A stretch of 64,000 nucleotides of DNA, taken from Naegleria gruberi (lineage: Eukaryota). Positions 32,109 through 43,312 of the stretch are shown here, in pieces. Below the pieces are notes generated by a model. It saw only the letters and a program-made list of their open reading frames with translations. It did no database searches and had not been told where the DNA came from. Both the position numbers and the translations under genes were made by a program. The DNA lies in NCBI GenBank assembly GCA_000004985.1, contig GG738855.1. The stretch is one strand, 5' to 3'. Numbering within the stretch: position 1 is the first letter of the stretch; every line of letters starts with the position of its first letter.

Positions 32109-35100
32109 ATGAGAGGAGGAAGGACAGTAGTAACACATAATATATCGGAACCTTTTCCTTCCCCGAGTCCAAGACAAACATCAAGAAGTTTGAACGAGTC
32201 ATCCTCAAACACTAAGGATGTAAGAAAATCAACAGCCTCTTCATCAACACACCATTCAACAATCAAATCATCTATACAATATATCGATGAAGGACCTTCA
32301 TTATACAAGTCAAGGGAAATTGCTGCTCAATCTGGATTGAATGACAGACCTCAGGCCTGGGAATCTGGGCCTGTTGTTGGAGCTGTTCCTCAATCTAATA
32401 ATGAAATTCAAGAAAATCGTGCTGCAATATCATCTCTTCAACAAGTTGAATTTACACCACCTAAAAATGTAATTGTTGTGGACGATTTAAATAAGCAAAC
32501 CAGACTACCCAAATCATCTACCTTTTCTTCCATAGAATCTCTTTCAGTCATAACAAATAATCCTCCAATGAATTCTCCTGCCTCAGTCGGAAATGTAAAT
32601 TCAAATGTTCAGCAACAACCCCACACTCTTATTCTTGATGGAACTACAATCGATTCATCGAAAATTAACCAAAAATCTCCAACCCGAGCATCCAGTCCTT
32701 CTGTGAGAATTCCACAAATCCCTTCCAAGAAACGAGATTCCATATTGAGGAGTAGTAAGCCAAAGAAACCAGACAATATTGAAAATTCTGAACCCCAAGA
32801 AAAAGTTTTGTCACTCATTGATGTTCAAACAGCAAAGGATCTTGTAAATAGTGGTATTGTGGTTAATCCAGAACTTTCCCAAGAAACCCTACAAAAACTT
32901 GATTACTTGTCAGATAAACATTTTATGGCAGGAACAGACATTTCAGTTTTTAAAAAGTCACATCAGCCTCCAGCAATACTAAAACCAAATCAACTTGATG
33001 ACACTTATCTGAGACGAGCCCTAAAATCAGCATTTGAAATTAATAATGATTCGTATTTGGGAGTAATAACAGAGATGGCTGACAAGGCTGCCAGTAATGC
33101 CAATGCTCTTGTCCAAATGATTCCACCTTCTACAATCCCAAAGGAATTTTACATCTTTTCAAATTCACCAATATATGAGGGACTTGTTAAGGAGGGTAAA
33201 TTTGATTTCAATGAGAAGGGACATTACTGGGAGAAGGTTGTTTTTCCATCTGCCAACCCTTCAAAGAGAGTTGAAGTGTACTTACTTGCCAAGGCAATTG
33301 ATTCAATGTTAAAAAAGGCAAGAAAAGAAGACAAAAATATTCATAACAATGAGGAATACTACAAGTCGATTGTTGAAAACATCAACAAATCATTTATTGT
33401 TCACCTGGATAGTTTATTCGAGGTTGCTAGACAGGTTTTTTCAACATGTGTAGAGAGAGGTGTCATCATACAGAGAATCCACATATACTTTAAGGAATTT
33501 TTTGATATTACAAGAACTCTATTACAGGGAGAAAGAAAAAAGTCAACTGAGTTAAAAAAAGTCATAAACCAATACGAGAAGGTAGTAAAAGAGGTTAGTG
33601 ATGAAAAATTGAAAATGAAGCAAGAATTGGAAACGCTGTTAACAAAGAGTGCAACAATAGTGTCTGAAAATGAAGAATTCAAGAAAAAAATCAGTCAAAT
33701 TCCTCAATACGAAGTTGTAATGAATTTAATTCAAAATAAGAAGAAATGGGAAGAGTTTGTTAATGATGGAGGTGAAGATTTGTTTGACGAAGATGGAGTT
33801 GGAGGTGATAAAAAAGGAGTAACACCTAAGAAGAGGATGGCCAAGCAACGAAGTCAAAATGGAGAAGCAGACTCTGTTTCTGGAAATACTGCTAGCCAGT
33901 TAGAAAAAAGTTTTGGAAGAATTATGAAACTTATTTGGACAAACATCAAAGAAACTATTACAAGTACTATTGACTTGAGTGGTTATTTTGAAAATTTAGG
34001 GCATGGACACCAAATTAGAACTAATATAGATTCTGAGCGACTTCAATACATGGACTCTGATGCCCAAATACTTGCTCAAAATACTCTCAATCTGCTCTAT
34101 GATATTAATGGAAGACTTGGAGAAATCAAACGAATTGGTAAAAAGCATCAAGATATGCTTGCTGTCAGACAATTTGCAGATTCAGAAACTCAAACAGATT
34201 TAGATCCCAATAAGAGAATACTAAGAGTACAACTTGTGCCACGTGAAAATTCGGAGAGGAAGATTAAAGTTGTATTTTTTGACTCGAGAGATGACACACA
34301 AATGAGTTTTACAACAAAAGAACAACTTATTAAGAAGGAAAAGGAGGTTGTAAAATTGCAAGATCAAATTTGGAAATTAAAGCAAGAGCTTGAGAATGAA
34401 AGAGCTTACAGTGACAAACTTGCTAATGAAATAAGAGTGAAGAATGAGGTAATTTCTAGGAATGGTCTGGAATCTGAAGCAAAGAAATTGAGAAAGGAAA
34501 GAAGGAAGGAAGAAGAACGAAAGAAGAAAAAGAAGGAAGAAGAGGAACCAGTAGCATCAAACTGGCCAACACCAGCTGTTATTACATCTTCCGAACCTTC
34601 TATCAGACACTCTATTGAGTCAATACCCAAAAGGCTAACTCCCACCAAACCAAATTCTTCCACAAACCAAGCATCACCAAGCCCTCACAAAAAGAAAAAT
34701 ACCAAAGAGCCGAGATCAAGGAAAAAGGAAAACCTCAAATCCACTGAAAAGAAGCCAATAGTTTCTTCAAAGAACTCGTCGAGACCGAATACAAATCATG
34801 CTGACACTCCTCCAGAAAGAACTCTTGAAACAAATGAGCCTGTGAATAGAGTGAAAACTCCTCAAGCAACCCCATCTCGCCATGAAACAGTTGTAAATGA
34901 CAATGTAAAACAAAGAATTGAAAATAACCCAAGCATAGTTGATACAGTGAGTACAAGAGCGGAAACAAGAGAAACCAATCTACATTCTCAGGTTTCTCAT
35001 TCTTCTCTTTCTAGTTATGACGATCACAGACTTGAGGATACACATTCAGGATTTACAACAAGAACAGAAAATAGAGATGATTCTGGGTCACAAGAAAACT

Positions 35101-36398
35101 CTGATGATGAAACATCTCAATACAGTAATGATAGTGATGACTCTTTAGAAATGATGATGAGAGAAAGAGAACATTTTGTTGACACCCCTTCTTCTTCTCA
35201 CTCGACTGATCGCTCTAAAAACAACTCAGTTGCAGATACACATAAGGGTACAAAGAAGCCAATTAAAAAAGATGAAATTATTAAGAAAGGTGGAAAGATT
35301 AATGAACCTCAGAATCATAATACCCATCAAAATAATAATCATGCTACTAAGAGAGAACAAATCCCTACGATTCACCCCCATGTTCCACACATTATTGAAA
35401 GCAAACCCTACGAAGAATCGCCAAGAAAATATACCAATAACAATGGCAAATCAAAAGTTGTCGAACCACCCACAAATTTTAAATCTCCTAGATCACCAAG
35501 ACCAAATCTTGTCAGTTCATTTGTTCAGACAGATGAGACGATGTTTGCTGCAACCAAAAGCCCAAGCTTTGATGATATTGAAGAAGTCAAACAAGTTGAA
35601 CCAAACCAGTTAAGAAAACTTGATCAAGCAGAACAATTAAGAGCCAAACTTAAACCAAGAAATCAGAGAATGCTTGAACTTTTCAACAGGCTAAGAGAAA
35701 AGAGAGGAGAAAAGATTAAGCCATTACCTTGGTTATTGAAATTTATGTATGGTATATACAAATCTAAACTTGTAGCATGTATATCTGATGAGGAAAAGAA
35801 GATGATCACAGTACCTGAATTTATTTTTGAGCACTTGAAGCAAATTTATGGTACTAACAAGTTGGTGGATGAATATGCTTTACAATTACTAATGTCTGTT
35901 AAAAAATTTGGACGAACAGACAGGAGAGTTGAACTATTCAGTAGATTTATTAATGAGGACTGGAATGTAAATATTGTAAACTTTTACCTCAAGGTATGGA
36001 GAGGATTAGAAGACTCAAAGGTTGGTCCTGAATTTGGACAAGGAAAGGCTGGTGATGATGGCGCTGTGCCACATTTCGTATCTAGAATTAGATGTCTTCA
36101 TGTTCTCAATACCCTTCGTGCAGAAATTAATCCAATTCTTTCATCGATAATTAAGGAAATGGATCCAAAATGTGTTACAACAACTGATGACGAATTTTAC
36201 AGAGCACTCTTGTACGCTGGTTACAGAGCTGCAACAGAACTAAATCCAATGGAAGTTTGGGGTGTTCCTTTGGCAATAGCAAAACAAAAGATCTTGAAAG
36301 TTGACTTTTTTTTCATAGTTTGTGAATGTATTGCAAACTACATGCTTTCAACTGGTACAGTTGAATTACCAAAAAGTGATGTTCTTCCACAACTATAA
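32109..36398 (+). CDS. Large (1429 aa) protein with an S/T/N-rich N-terminus, a central coiled coil and a K/E/R-rich low-complexity stretch. The ~300-aa C-terminal domain is conserved-looking but unrecognised.
   Basis: Single long ORF with its ATG at 32109. The coiled-coil segment is VVKLQDQIWKLKQELENERAYSDKLANEIRVKNE. The C-terminal region (LELFNRLREKRGEKIKPLPWLLKFMYGIYKSKLVACISDEEKKMITVPEFIFEHLKQIYG...) has globular-domain composition. Confidence 0.55.
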   Translation: MRGGRTVVTHNISEPFPSPSPRQTSRSLNESSSNTKDVRKSTASSSTHHSTIKSSIQYIDEGPSLYKSREIAAQSGLNDRPQAWESGPVVGAVPQSNNEIQENRAAISSLQQVEFTPPKNVIVVDDLNKQTRLPKSSTFSSIESLSVITNNPPMNSPASVGNVNSNVQQQPHTLILDGTTIDSSKINQKSPTRASSPSVRIPQIPSKKRDSILRSSKPKKPDNIENSEPQEKVLSLIDVQTAKDLVNSGIVVNPELSQETLQKLDYLSDKHFMAGTDISVFKKSHQPPAILKPNQLDDTYLRRALKSAFEINNDSYLGVITEMADKAASNANALVQMIPPSTIPKEFYIFSNSPIYEGLVKEGKFDFNEKGHYWEKVVFPSANPSKRVEVYLLAKAIDSMLKKARKEDKNIHNNEEYYKSIVENINKSFIVHLDSLFEVARQVFSTCVERGVIIQRIHIYFKEFFDITRTLLQGERKKSTELKKVINQYEKVVKEVSDEKLKMKQELETLLTKSATIVSENEEFKKKISQIPQYEVVMNLIQNKKKWEEFVNDGGEDLFDEDGVGGDKKGVTPKKRMAKQRSQNGEADSVSGNTASQLEKSFGRIMKLIWTNIKETITSTIDLSGYFENLGHGHQIRTNIDSERLQYMDSDAQILAQNTLNLLYDINGRLGEIKRIGKKHQDMLAVRQFADSETQTDLDPNKRILRVQLVPRENSERKIKVVFFDSRDDTQMSFTTKEQLIKKEKEVVKLQDQIWKLKQELENERAYSDKLANEIRVKNEVISRNGLESEAKKLRKERRKEEERKKKKKEEEEPVASNWPTPAVITSSEPSIRHSIESIPKRLTPTKPNSSTNQASPSPHKKKNTKEPRSRKKENLKSTEKKPIVSSKNSSRPNTNHADTPPERTLETNEPVNRVKTPQATPSRHETVVNDNVKQRIENNPSIVDTVSTRAETRETNLHSQVSHSSLSSYDDHRLEDTHSGFTTRTENRDDSGSQENSDDETSQYSNDSDDSLEMMMREREHFVDTPSSSHSTDRSKNNSVADTHKGTKKPIKKDEIIKKGGKINEPQNHNTHQNNNHATKREQIPTIHPHVPHIIESKPYEESPRKYTNNNGKSKVVEPPTNFKSPRSPRPNLVSSFVQTDETMFAATKSPSFDDIEEVKQVEPNQLRKLDQAEQLRAKLKPRNQRMLELFNRLREKRGEKIKPLPWLLKFMYGIYKSKLVACISDEEKKMITVPEFIFEHLKQIYGTNKLVDEYALQLLMSVKKFGRTDRRVELFSRFINEDWNVNIVNFYLKVWRGLEDSKVGPEFGQGKAGDDGAVPHFVSRIRCLHVLNTLRAEINPILSSIIKEMDPKCVTTTDDEFYRALLYAGYRAATELNPMEVWGVPLAIAKQKILKVDFFFIVCECIANYMLSTGTVELPKSDVLPQL

Positions 36399-36589
36399 AT
36401 TATTGAACGAGTTTTATTGTAAAGAGTGACTTGTTATTGTGTTTTTGCTATACATATCATTAAATTAGCTTTCTAAGGTTCAGAAGCAATGAACATTAAA
36501 CTGTATGCATCAACATTGTAAAGTTGTTGTTGATTGACGTTTCATTAAAAACTTTTCACCTGTCCTTGGGTGGAAAAAAGAATAAAAAA

Positions 36590-37337
36590 ATGGACGATGT
36601 TGATTTGCCAGAAGGCGTAAAGGTTATTCTTGTTAATAAGTTTAACAAAACACAAGAATTAAAAAGAAAGGAAGGTGTAAAAACAAAGAAAGGTAGAATC
36701 CCTCTTCGTGACATTTGTAAAGAATGGAATTTGAGAAATGTTATTTGGGGTAGGTTGAAAGTCTATTCTTCTTGCATTTATTTAATAATATCGGAAACTA
36801 GTCGAAACTGAAGATCCAGTAACATTTGATGAAAAAACTGGTTGGAGTTCAATTAGTTTTGCATTCATGGATGAAGTTATTTTGAAGGGTGATATTTCAC
36901 TCATCAATCAAGAAAAATTAGCAAAGGAATATATGGATCAACAATTTAAGAAGAAACCACTCACTACATCTCAAACTAACAAATCAAAAGGTTTGGATAT
37001 TGTTGTAGAAACTGAAGAAAAGGTTCTCCATCCAAATGTTATAAAGAAGAATGCTTTGAATTCACTTGTAAAGAAAACTCATGGTACAGAACAACCATCA
37101 ACACCACCAAAATCTACATCATCATCCACCTCATCATCTTCTCCAATGGTTGTTACCTCTTCTCCTCCAGTTATTGTTGAAAAGAAGACTGCCTCTGTAA
37201 GCACTCCAAACAAATCAACAAGCAATAATACAGAAGATGCACTTACTCAAATTGAAAAATTGGCAGCCTTAAAAGAAAAAGGAATTCTCACTGAAGAAGA
37301 ATTTGTTGCTAAAAAGAAACAATTACTTGGACTATAA
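36590..37337 (+). CDS. Hypothetical protein with a C-terminal SHOCT-like motif. Model: join(36590..36749,36802..37337).
   Basis: Exon 1 (MDDVDLPEGVKVILVNKFNKTQELKRKEGVKTKKGRIPLRDICKEWNLRNVIW) and exon 2 (VETEDPVTFDEKTGWSSISFAFMDEVILKGDISLINQEKLAKEYMDQ...) are joined by a 52-nt intron. An S-rich linker follows. The C-terminus (IEKLAALKEKGILTEEEFVAKKKQLLGL) matches the SHOCT consensus (L..Lk.L.e.G.lTeeEFe.kK..LL). Confidence 0.55.
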
Positions 37338-37351
37338 AACCACCTAAAATT

Positions 37352-38713
37352 TTAATTGAGTGGATTAACAACACTTCCCAAAAACAAATCAAAGTTATGG
37401 ATTCTGATAAGTTTGATTAAGGAAAGTAAAAGAATCTTTACAGAAATATCACCATCAACATCTTGTCTCAATTCTTCCAATCTCTTCTTTGATAAAATTC
37501 TTTGACCATTATATTCAACACTCAACAATAATTTCCAAACACCCAATGGATCTTTAACTGGATCACTATCCAAAATAAGTCCTTGTAATTCAGAATCATC
37601 TGGAATGACAACAGTTCCATCAAATGAATCCAAAATATATTGTTCCAAATCATCAAAATCTTTTTCTGTTAAAATTCTATTAAAGAAATTAATTGGAAGT
37701 GTTTCCTCAAAGAATGATTTTGGTGTACCAACAACAACGAATAAGGTTGTCTTTTCCATACCTTGTGTAATTGAAAGATTTGGATCTGCGTGTTGGAATA
37801 ACAAATTATTCACTCTAGATGTGAATCTTCTGACCATTACTGGATAACGAAGAGCACGATGAATTGCAAAAGTAATATTCTCCAATGTTCCTACCATACA
37901 AACATCACCACTAACTAATTTTTGCATTGATCCTCCAGATTGATGATGAACCCAATTAGGATTTGTAATATCAAGATATGATTGTAAAGATCCATCAATT
38001 CCACTAACAAATAATTGATGAGGAATAGATCTATTTAAGGTTTTGTTAAAACACTGAATGTTTTTGGGTTTGAAAACTTACTTTTTGACGCTTTGAATTG
38101 CTGTTGGCAAATGTTGTGGATTGACAAAACTTGTTACAAGTGATTCCAATTTGTCTTTAGTATTGACTCTAATGAATGGACTTGGTGCATTTGCTGAATT
38201 TTGTGCTGGAATAATTTTGTAAAGTCTCAATAATTGTAAAACTCTGTTTTGTACTTGTTGTTCTCCAATAACCTATCATGTTTCATATAACAATGATTCA
38301 TTAATATATCAAAAAAGATTAATAAATGTTTGATGATGACAACTTACATGCAAGGTTGTGGACATCATTCCCAATAATTCTTGTTGAGCAGCAAGAGCCT
38401 TTTCCATCTTTTCATACTTTTTAGAAAGTTTATCCATAGATTGAATAAGAATTTCATTTTGTTTTTCGAGAGAAATTGTTCTATCCACAACAACAGTATT
38501 ACCATCTTCCGAAGTGATAGAAGTCTTTGATTTCTTTAATTGTTGTTCATTATTAATAGTTGGTACTGTAGTAATGTCAGCTGGATTCTTTTTTGGTCTT
38601 CCATTCATTGAACGTGTCGATGAGAAACAACACGATACACTACTTGTTGTTGCTCCGGAGAGGAGGGTTATGTTGTTATTTCTTGAGAGGAGGGAAATGA
38701 TTTGCTTTTTCAT
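37352..38713 (-). CDS. Hypothetical coiled-coil protein. Model: complement(join(37352..38030,38082..38272,38348..38713)).
   Basis: Exon 1 is MKKQIISLL...LEKQNEILIQSMDKLSKKYEKMEKALAAQQELLGMMSTTLH|. A 75-nt intron leads to |VIGEQQVQNRVLQLLRLYKIIPAQNS...SVK. A 51-nt intron leads to |KSIPHQLFVSGIDGSLQSY...MQKLVSGDVCMVGTLENITFAIHRALRYPVMV...TTLFVVVGTPKSFFEE... All junctions have GT...AG in phase. No family assignment. Confidence 0.5.
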
Positions 38714-38870
38714 TTTTTTTTATCTTCAAGTTTTTGATTGTTTTTTTGCTTGTTGTGAATTGTGTGGAGCTTCAACAAGTTGACTTTGATGGATTCTAAG
38801 GAACCAATTCTATTGTTGTTTAATAAACATTGTTTTTCAAATTTTAGCATAAATTTATTGTTCAAAATTT

Positions 38871-41678
38871 CTAATGAGAGAAGAGATGGTTGAGAATAAT
38901 TTCTGCAGAGGTAATGCAAGTGGAACCGAGAATAATCTTCTTACCAAAGTATGGTGAGTGTTGCCCTTTTTCTCTGAGGTTGTTATTGATCATTTGTTTA
39001 ATGTCGGTAATTTCTCCAAAGGTAATGCCACCAACAATGAAAAGTATCATAGTGGAAGATTCATTCTTAATTGGCTTCGATTTGGATTGGAACATGAATC
39101 CGAATGTGTTGGAAATAGTGCTCAAAAGTGAGGCATTATGTACAAGATCTGGGCATGGTTCAGTTTCACCTAATACATAGGCCAATTGTTTGCACAGAGA
39201 CCTGAAAGGTGTTTCAGTATTTCCCAAGTTACCACTCTCATTTTCGAATATAAATACATGATCATTAGCAGCCAATTTGTTGAGTATTTGGAAGTATTGA
39301 CGTTGTCTTTTGACTGCATTCAAACATTTGAAAATTATGGATAAATCTTCCTCTACAAGATTTTGGATATTTTCCTTAATGTCGAATTTCTTTTTTGGTT
39401 TGTCGTCATCAAAATCTTCATTCCAATTGTCCCAATCTGCCTCCTCTTCCTCCTCCTCTTCAACAGGTGATGCCTCCTCTTCCTCTGTTGGATTTTGCAA
39501 TTGATCCAATGTTTCATCAGAGAGAATACTTTCAATAAATGATATGCATGAGGATTGTTTGTAATTATCGACAATATGTTTAGCGAGCAATTTTTTGAGG
39601 TCTCTTTCCATTTTGAAGGAACAATCAGGTGTTACCACAGAATATATCATCACGACTAAACGTAATACATCCTGTAATGAGAATTTGGAACCATCCTTCT
39701 TTAAAATATTAATAATATAGGTCAATAACTCATCTTGGTTATTGTCGCACTCGTAGAGAATCAATTTTTCAGCACTAGCTAACTCTGCCCTCTTTGTATT
39801 ACTTTGTGTGAGTTCTAAGGCATGAATAATTGTGGATAAAAATTGTATAACGTCACAATTATCTGACAGTGTTGATAATGCCAGGTCTTTCAATAAATTT
39901 TTCAAACTTTGTGTGGTTTTTTCGAAGGAGAGCTCACCTTTCTTTGTGGTCAAGTTTTGTAACTTGTCTAAAACTACTTTCATCTCTCCGATAGATTCCG
40001 AATTCTTCTTTTCAATTATTGAGTTCATAAGGTTGATAATCTTTTCATTTCCATGGTGGAGTAGACCAGACATGTTTACTAATTTACGAAATTTCATTAA
40101 TAAGAATTCAAAAGCACTTACATTTTCTTAATTCAGATGAAGATGAGTTTAAAGTCATTCCATCAAATCTTACATTTGTGGATAGACCTGTTTTTCTTTC
40201 TGTAGTATTCAGAACCTTATCTAATATACTTTCCGAATGTACCATTGGAGATACTAAATCAAGTGATCTATCAACAAGAACCAAAGTACAAGAATTAGTA
40301 GTACGGAAAGATTCCTCCCTAATCAAATTTTGAAGATCTTGAGCAATGAGATTGGAAGATTGACCCAGAGAGTATACGTCAACACTCATTCTCATATTCT
40401 TCAATAAATCTCTCAAGGTTGCTGCCAGCATTTTGAATTGAAGTTGGAAGGGTGTTGGCAATTCATCAAAGGCCATTAAAACCTCTGATTTCTTTTCTTT
40501 CTGAGGGCTTCCAATAGTAAATCCAGATAGTAAGCTGGATGATTTGATTGGAGACGATACTGCTGGAGACCTTTGTGCAAGACTTAAAATTGGAAATACA
40601 CCATGACATGTTGGAGTAACAAAAATGTTTGGCATGATTGCTGAAATGTTGAATGAGTAATGATTGACCTCTACATGACTTTGAATTGGTTGGAATTGTT
40701 AGTATTTTCAATTACTTACATTGAGTTGTTAATTTCATTTTCAAATTTTTTAGAGGAATTTTCCTTTTTGTGAAGGTTATATTGAGTTTCAAATATTATC
40801 AGTCTACATTTTTCAATGAGATCTGAATAGGTTAAATATTCTTTGAAATAGCCGACAGAAGGAACATAATTCTCATCCAATTCAATACCTTCCAAAACCT
40901 TAGACTGATAATACTCACAAAATCCCTCACTAAATGGGCAGTAGAAATAAATATGGGTGAATTTGTACTTTTCCACACTCTTTCTAACAGCTTGCTCCAA
41001 TGTTTTTGTCAAATGGCAAACAAAAAAGACTGCTTTTTGTACATTAGGTGTGTCTTGCATTTGAGGGGTAATCATATCTGATTGAACAATGAAATGTTCA
41101 ATTTTTTCAGAGCTCTCTGGTGCTGTTGACTTTTTAGTATTTACAGTTGGTGCTTCATCCTCTTCGTCACTGTAGAATTTTTCAAATTCATCATCTTCTT
41201 CCTCGCTATCAATTGATTCCTTAATATTTAGATTATTTGTTGAATTTTCTGTATTGTCATTATTCGATACATAATTGTTCCAACTCAAATTCATTTCTTT
41301 CAAATCCTTAAGTTTATCAATTGATGGCCAATCTTGATCCGATGTTAGATCCAATATTGTCAAAACTCCAAGCTTTAACAAATGATTAGATGTGAGTGAT
41401 TGATCCTCTCCGAACTGATTCCACGAAAAGCATTCAGCACTCACACTGTCCATAAACACCACAGCATTATTCAATTGTTTTGCCAATTTTTCATATTCTT
41501 GATTAGCATCTTCATCAATTAATTCGGAATTATCTTGATAATCAGAGAATGGATCCACTACTTTGTGAGGACTCTTCCTACGATCGGAGGCTTGTTGATT
41601 TGATATTGTTGATGGTGGTAGAAGTTTTGAAGCCTTCCCGACAGCCTCTACAAGCAAGGCTTGTTGTTGAATGCTCAT
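38871..41678 (-). CDS. Divergent Sec1/Munc18-family-like protein (SCFD2-like?). Model: complement(join(38871..40078,40122..40678,40720..41678)).
   Basis: Three ORFs are joined by 41- and 43-nt introns with phase-consistent GTAAGT donors. The middle exon has LVLVDRSLDLVSPMVHSESILDKVL, resembling the Sec1 family (LLILDRsfDlvSPllHeltfQam). The C-terminal exon has ILFIVGGITFGEI, resembling Sec1 (vifviGGvTysE). There is an acidic insert (EEEEASPVEEEEEEEADWDNW). Confidence 0.5.
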
Positions 41679-41886
41679 TTTTTTAAGTATTTGATGACGT
41701 ATCACATTTGCATTGTTCTTTTCCCTTTCATTTTCTTGTCTTAATTATTAATGTATTTTAATACTTTCGATATCAATTCTACCTTTTACTAACAAAATTA
41801 TGTAACTACTGTAATGTTATTTGGGAGAATGTTATTTGAATGATTAGAAAAAATAATAAAAATAAATTGGAAAAAATATTAAAATA

Positions 41887-42575
41887 ATGCCAAAGTCTAC
41901 CAGCACGTTATCAAAGTGGGGCAAACAACTTACCCAAAGACTTGAAAGATGGTGGGGCGTTGATCCTGAATTTAGACACTATCTCCCAGAACATCAAGAT
42001 TCCTATCGTACACCAGCTCCATCGTAAGTTTTTTAAGTTGCAGAGCAGAATAATAACATTCCGTGCCATTATTTCATCATCTGTTGTCATCGTATGAATG
42101 AAAATTAATATTTAATCACATCATCAATGAATATTATTATTTAAATATTATTATAACAACAACAATATAATTGGAAATATCTAGTTCTCAACCTGACGTT
42201 AACATCCCACGTCAAGCTTTCATCAAGGATTTCCACATTAAATATTATCAACAAGATTTCCGTAGAGGACAAGGTTGGAATCCAGAATATCTTGATACCA
42301 TCGTATACAGACAAGAAATTATAGAGGATGCTCAAAAGGGCAAGTACAAGTTAATGCCTGGACAACCTGTTGGTCCTTTCTATGGTATGGGTATGGAAAG
42401 TAAGATTTCATACGCTTTTGATGAAAGAGAAAACAAGCAAGTTTATACATACAGCGTTGATCGTAACTTGTTCAAGCCAGACACTGTTCTTTCTCCTGAA
42501 GAAATTGAAAGACAACTCGAACATGACAAGCTTTACTCCAATGCCAAGAAGGTTGACTTTGTTGGAAAGAAATAA
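41887..42575 (+). CDS. Small mitochondrial-type protein, possibly complex I subunit NDUFB10 (PDSW)-like. Model: join(41887..42023,42184..42575).
   Basis: Exon 1 is MPKSTSTLSKWGKQLTQRLERWWGVDPEFRHYLPEHQDSYRTPAP. A 160-nt intron leads to SSQPDVNIPRQAFIKDFHIKYYQQDFRRGQGW... The pattern W..D..Y/RPE.P..YRTP..QP..NI...AF..D loosely parallels the NDUFB10 N-terminus ([31 protein letters not shown]...RYYYYHRQYRR). Weak assignment. Confidence 0.4.
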
Positions 42576-42667
42576 GTGGATAATTAAATAGTTTTTTAAG
42601 GAATTCCACACTAGAATGGTGTTTTTTAACTTTTGGTGAATAAAGATTTAAATTTCAAAATTTGAGT

Positions 42668-43216
42668 TTATTTCTTGTCAACTTGCATATTACGAGTAGC
42701 TCTTGGTAGAGTGACAGTCATTCCTTCCATATCTTTGGAAACAATGACTTGACATCCTAAACGAGAATTGTGAGCCAATCCATAAGCCAAATCCAACATA
42801 TCTTCTTCCTCTTCTTCAGGTTCTGGCATCTTTTCAAAAAATTCATCTTGAATGTAAACATGACAAGTACTGCAAGCAAGAGAAGCTTCACAAGCACCTT
42901 CCAAATCAATATCATTAGCATGGGCAACAGCCAAAATATTTTCTCCGATTGGAGCCTTCACACTCTTTGATAAATTATTCTTTGGATCCACAAAACTAAT
43001 ATTGACAGTTCTATTAAATGTTGTCATCACCAATTAAAAATTTGATTATTGTGTGAATTGTTTCGGAATTAACTTCAAGAAAACATACTCGGCATTTGGA
43101 TTCTTATATCCAATACTTAATTGTTGCAAACTAGAAGAGAAAAATACACGAGAGTTGTTGGCAAATTGGATATTTCTCAAAACAGGATTTGTGGATTTCA
43201 ATACGTAACGGAACAT
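42668..43216 (-). CDS. FDX2: Mitochondrial [2Fe-2S] ferredoxin, adrenodoxin-type (FDX2/Yah1-like), Fe-S cluster assembly. Main exon 42668..43033 is solid; the 5' exon(s) are ambiguous.
   Basis: Main exon: ...[113 protein letters not shown]. This is near-identical in pattern to human FDX2 ([48 protein letters not shown]...SRLGCQI). The upstream exon ends ...GYKNPNAE|. A GTATGT...AATAG intron, 50-75 nt long, separates it from the main exon. There are two alternative 5' models (see findings). Confidence 0.8.
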
Positions 43217-43302
43217 TTTTTTTGAATTGGTTTTGGGTGTTGATGTCTTGGTTCTCTTTTACTTCTTACTTGCTCTTGGTTGAACATTTTCAAGTCCTCT
43301 TA

Positions 43303-43312
43303 TTGCGCTCAT
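43303..43312 (-). promoter_or_regulatory. ATGAGCGCAA motif, copy 3, in the ferredoxin 5' region (9/10 identical)
   Basis: Plus strand TTGCGCTCAT at 43303-43312. It lies about 90 bp upstream of the ferredoxin ATG at 43216. Alternatively its ATG is the start codon of the two-intron ferredoxin model. Confidence 0.35.

Noticed and set aside
42171-42575. Treating ORF 42171..42575 (MEISSSQPDV...) as a stand-alone gene
   Set aside because: Its 'M' is not an ATG-initiated start in context. An upstream exon with an ATG (41887) and a GTAAGT donor splices in phase to 42184, giving a longer product with a sensible N-terminus.
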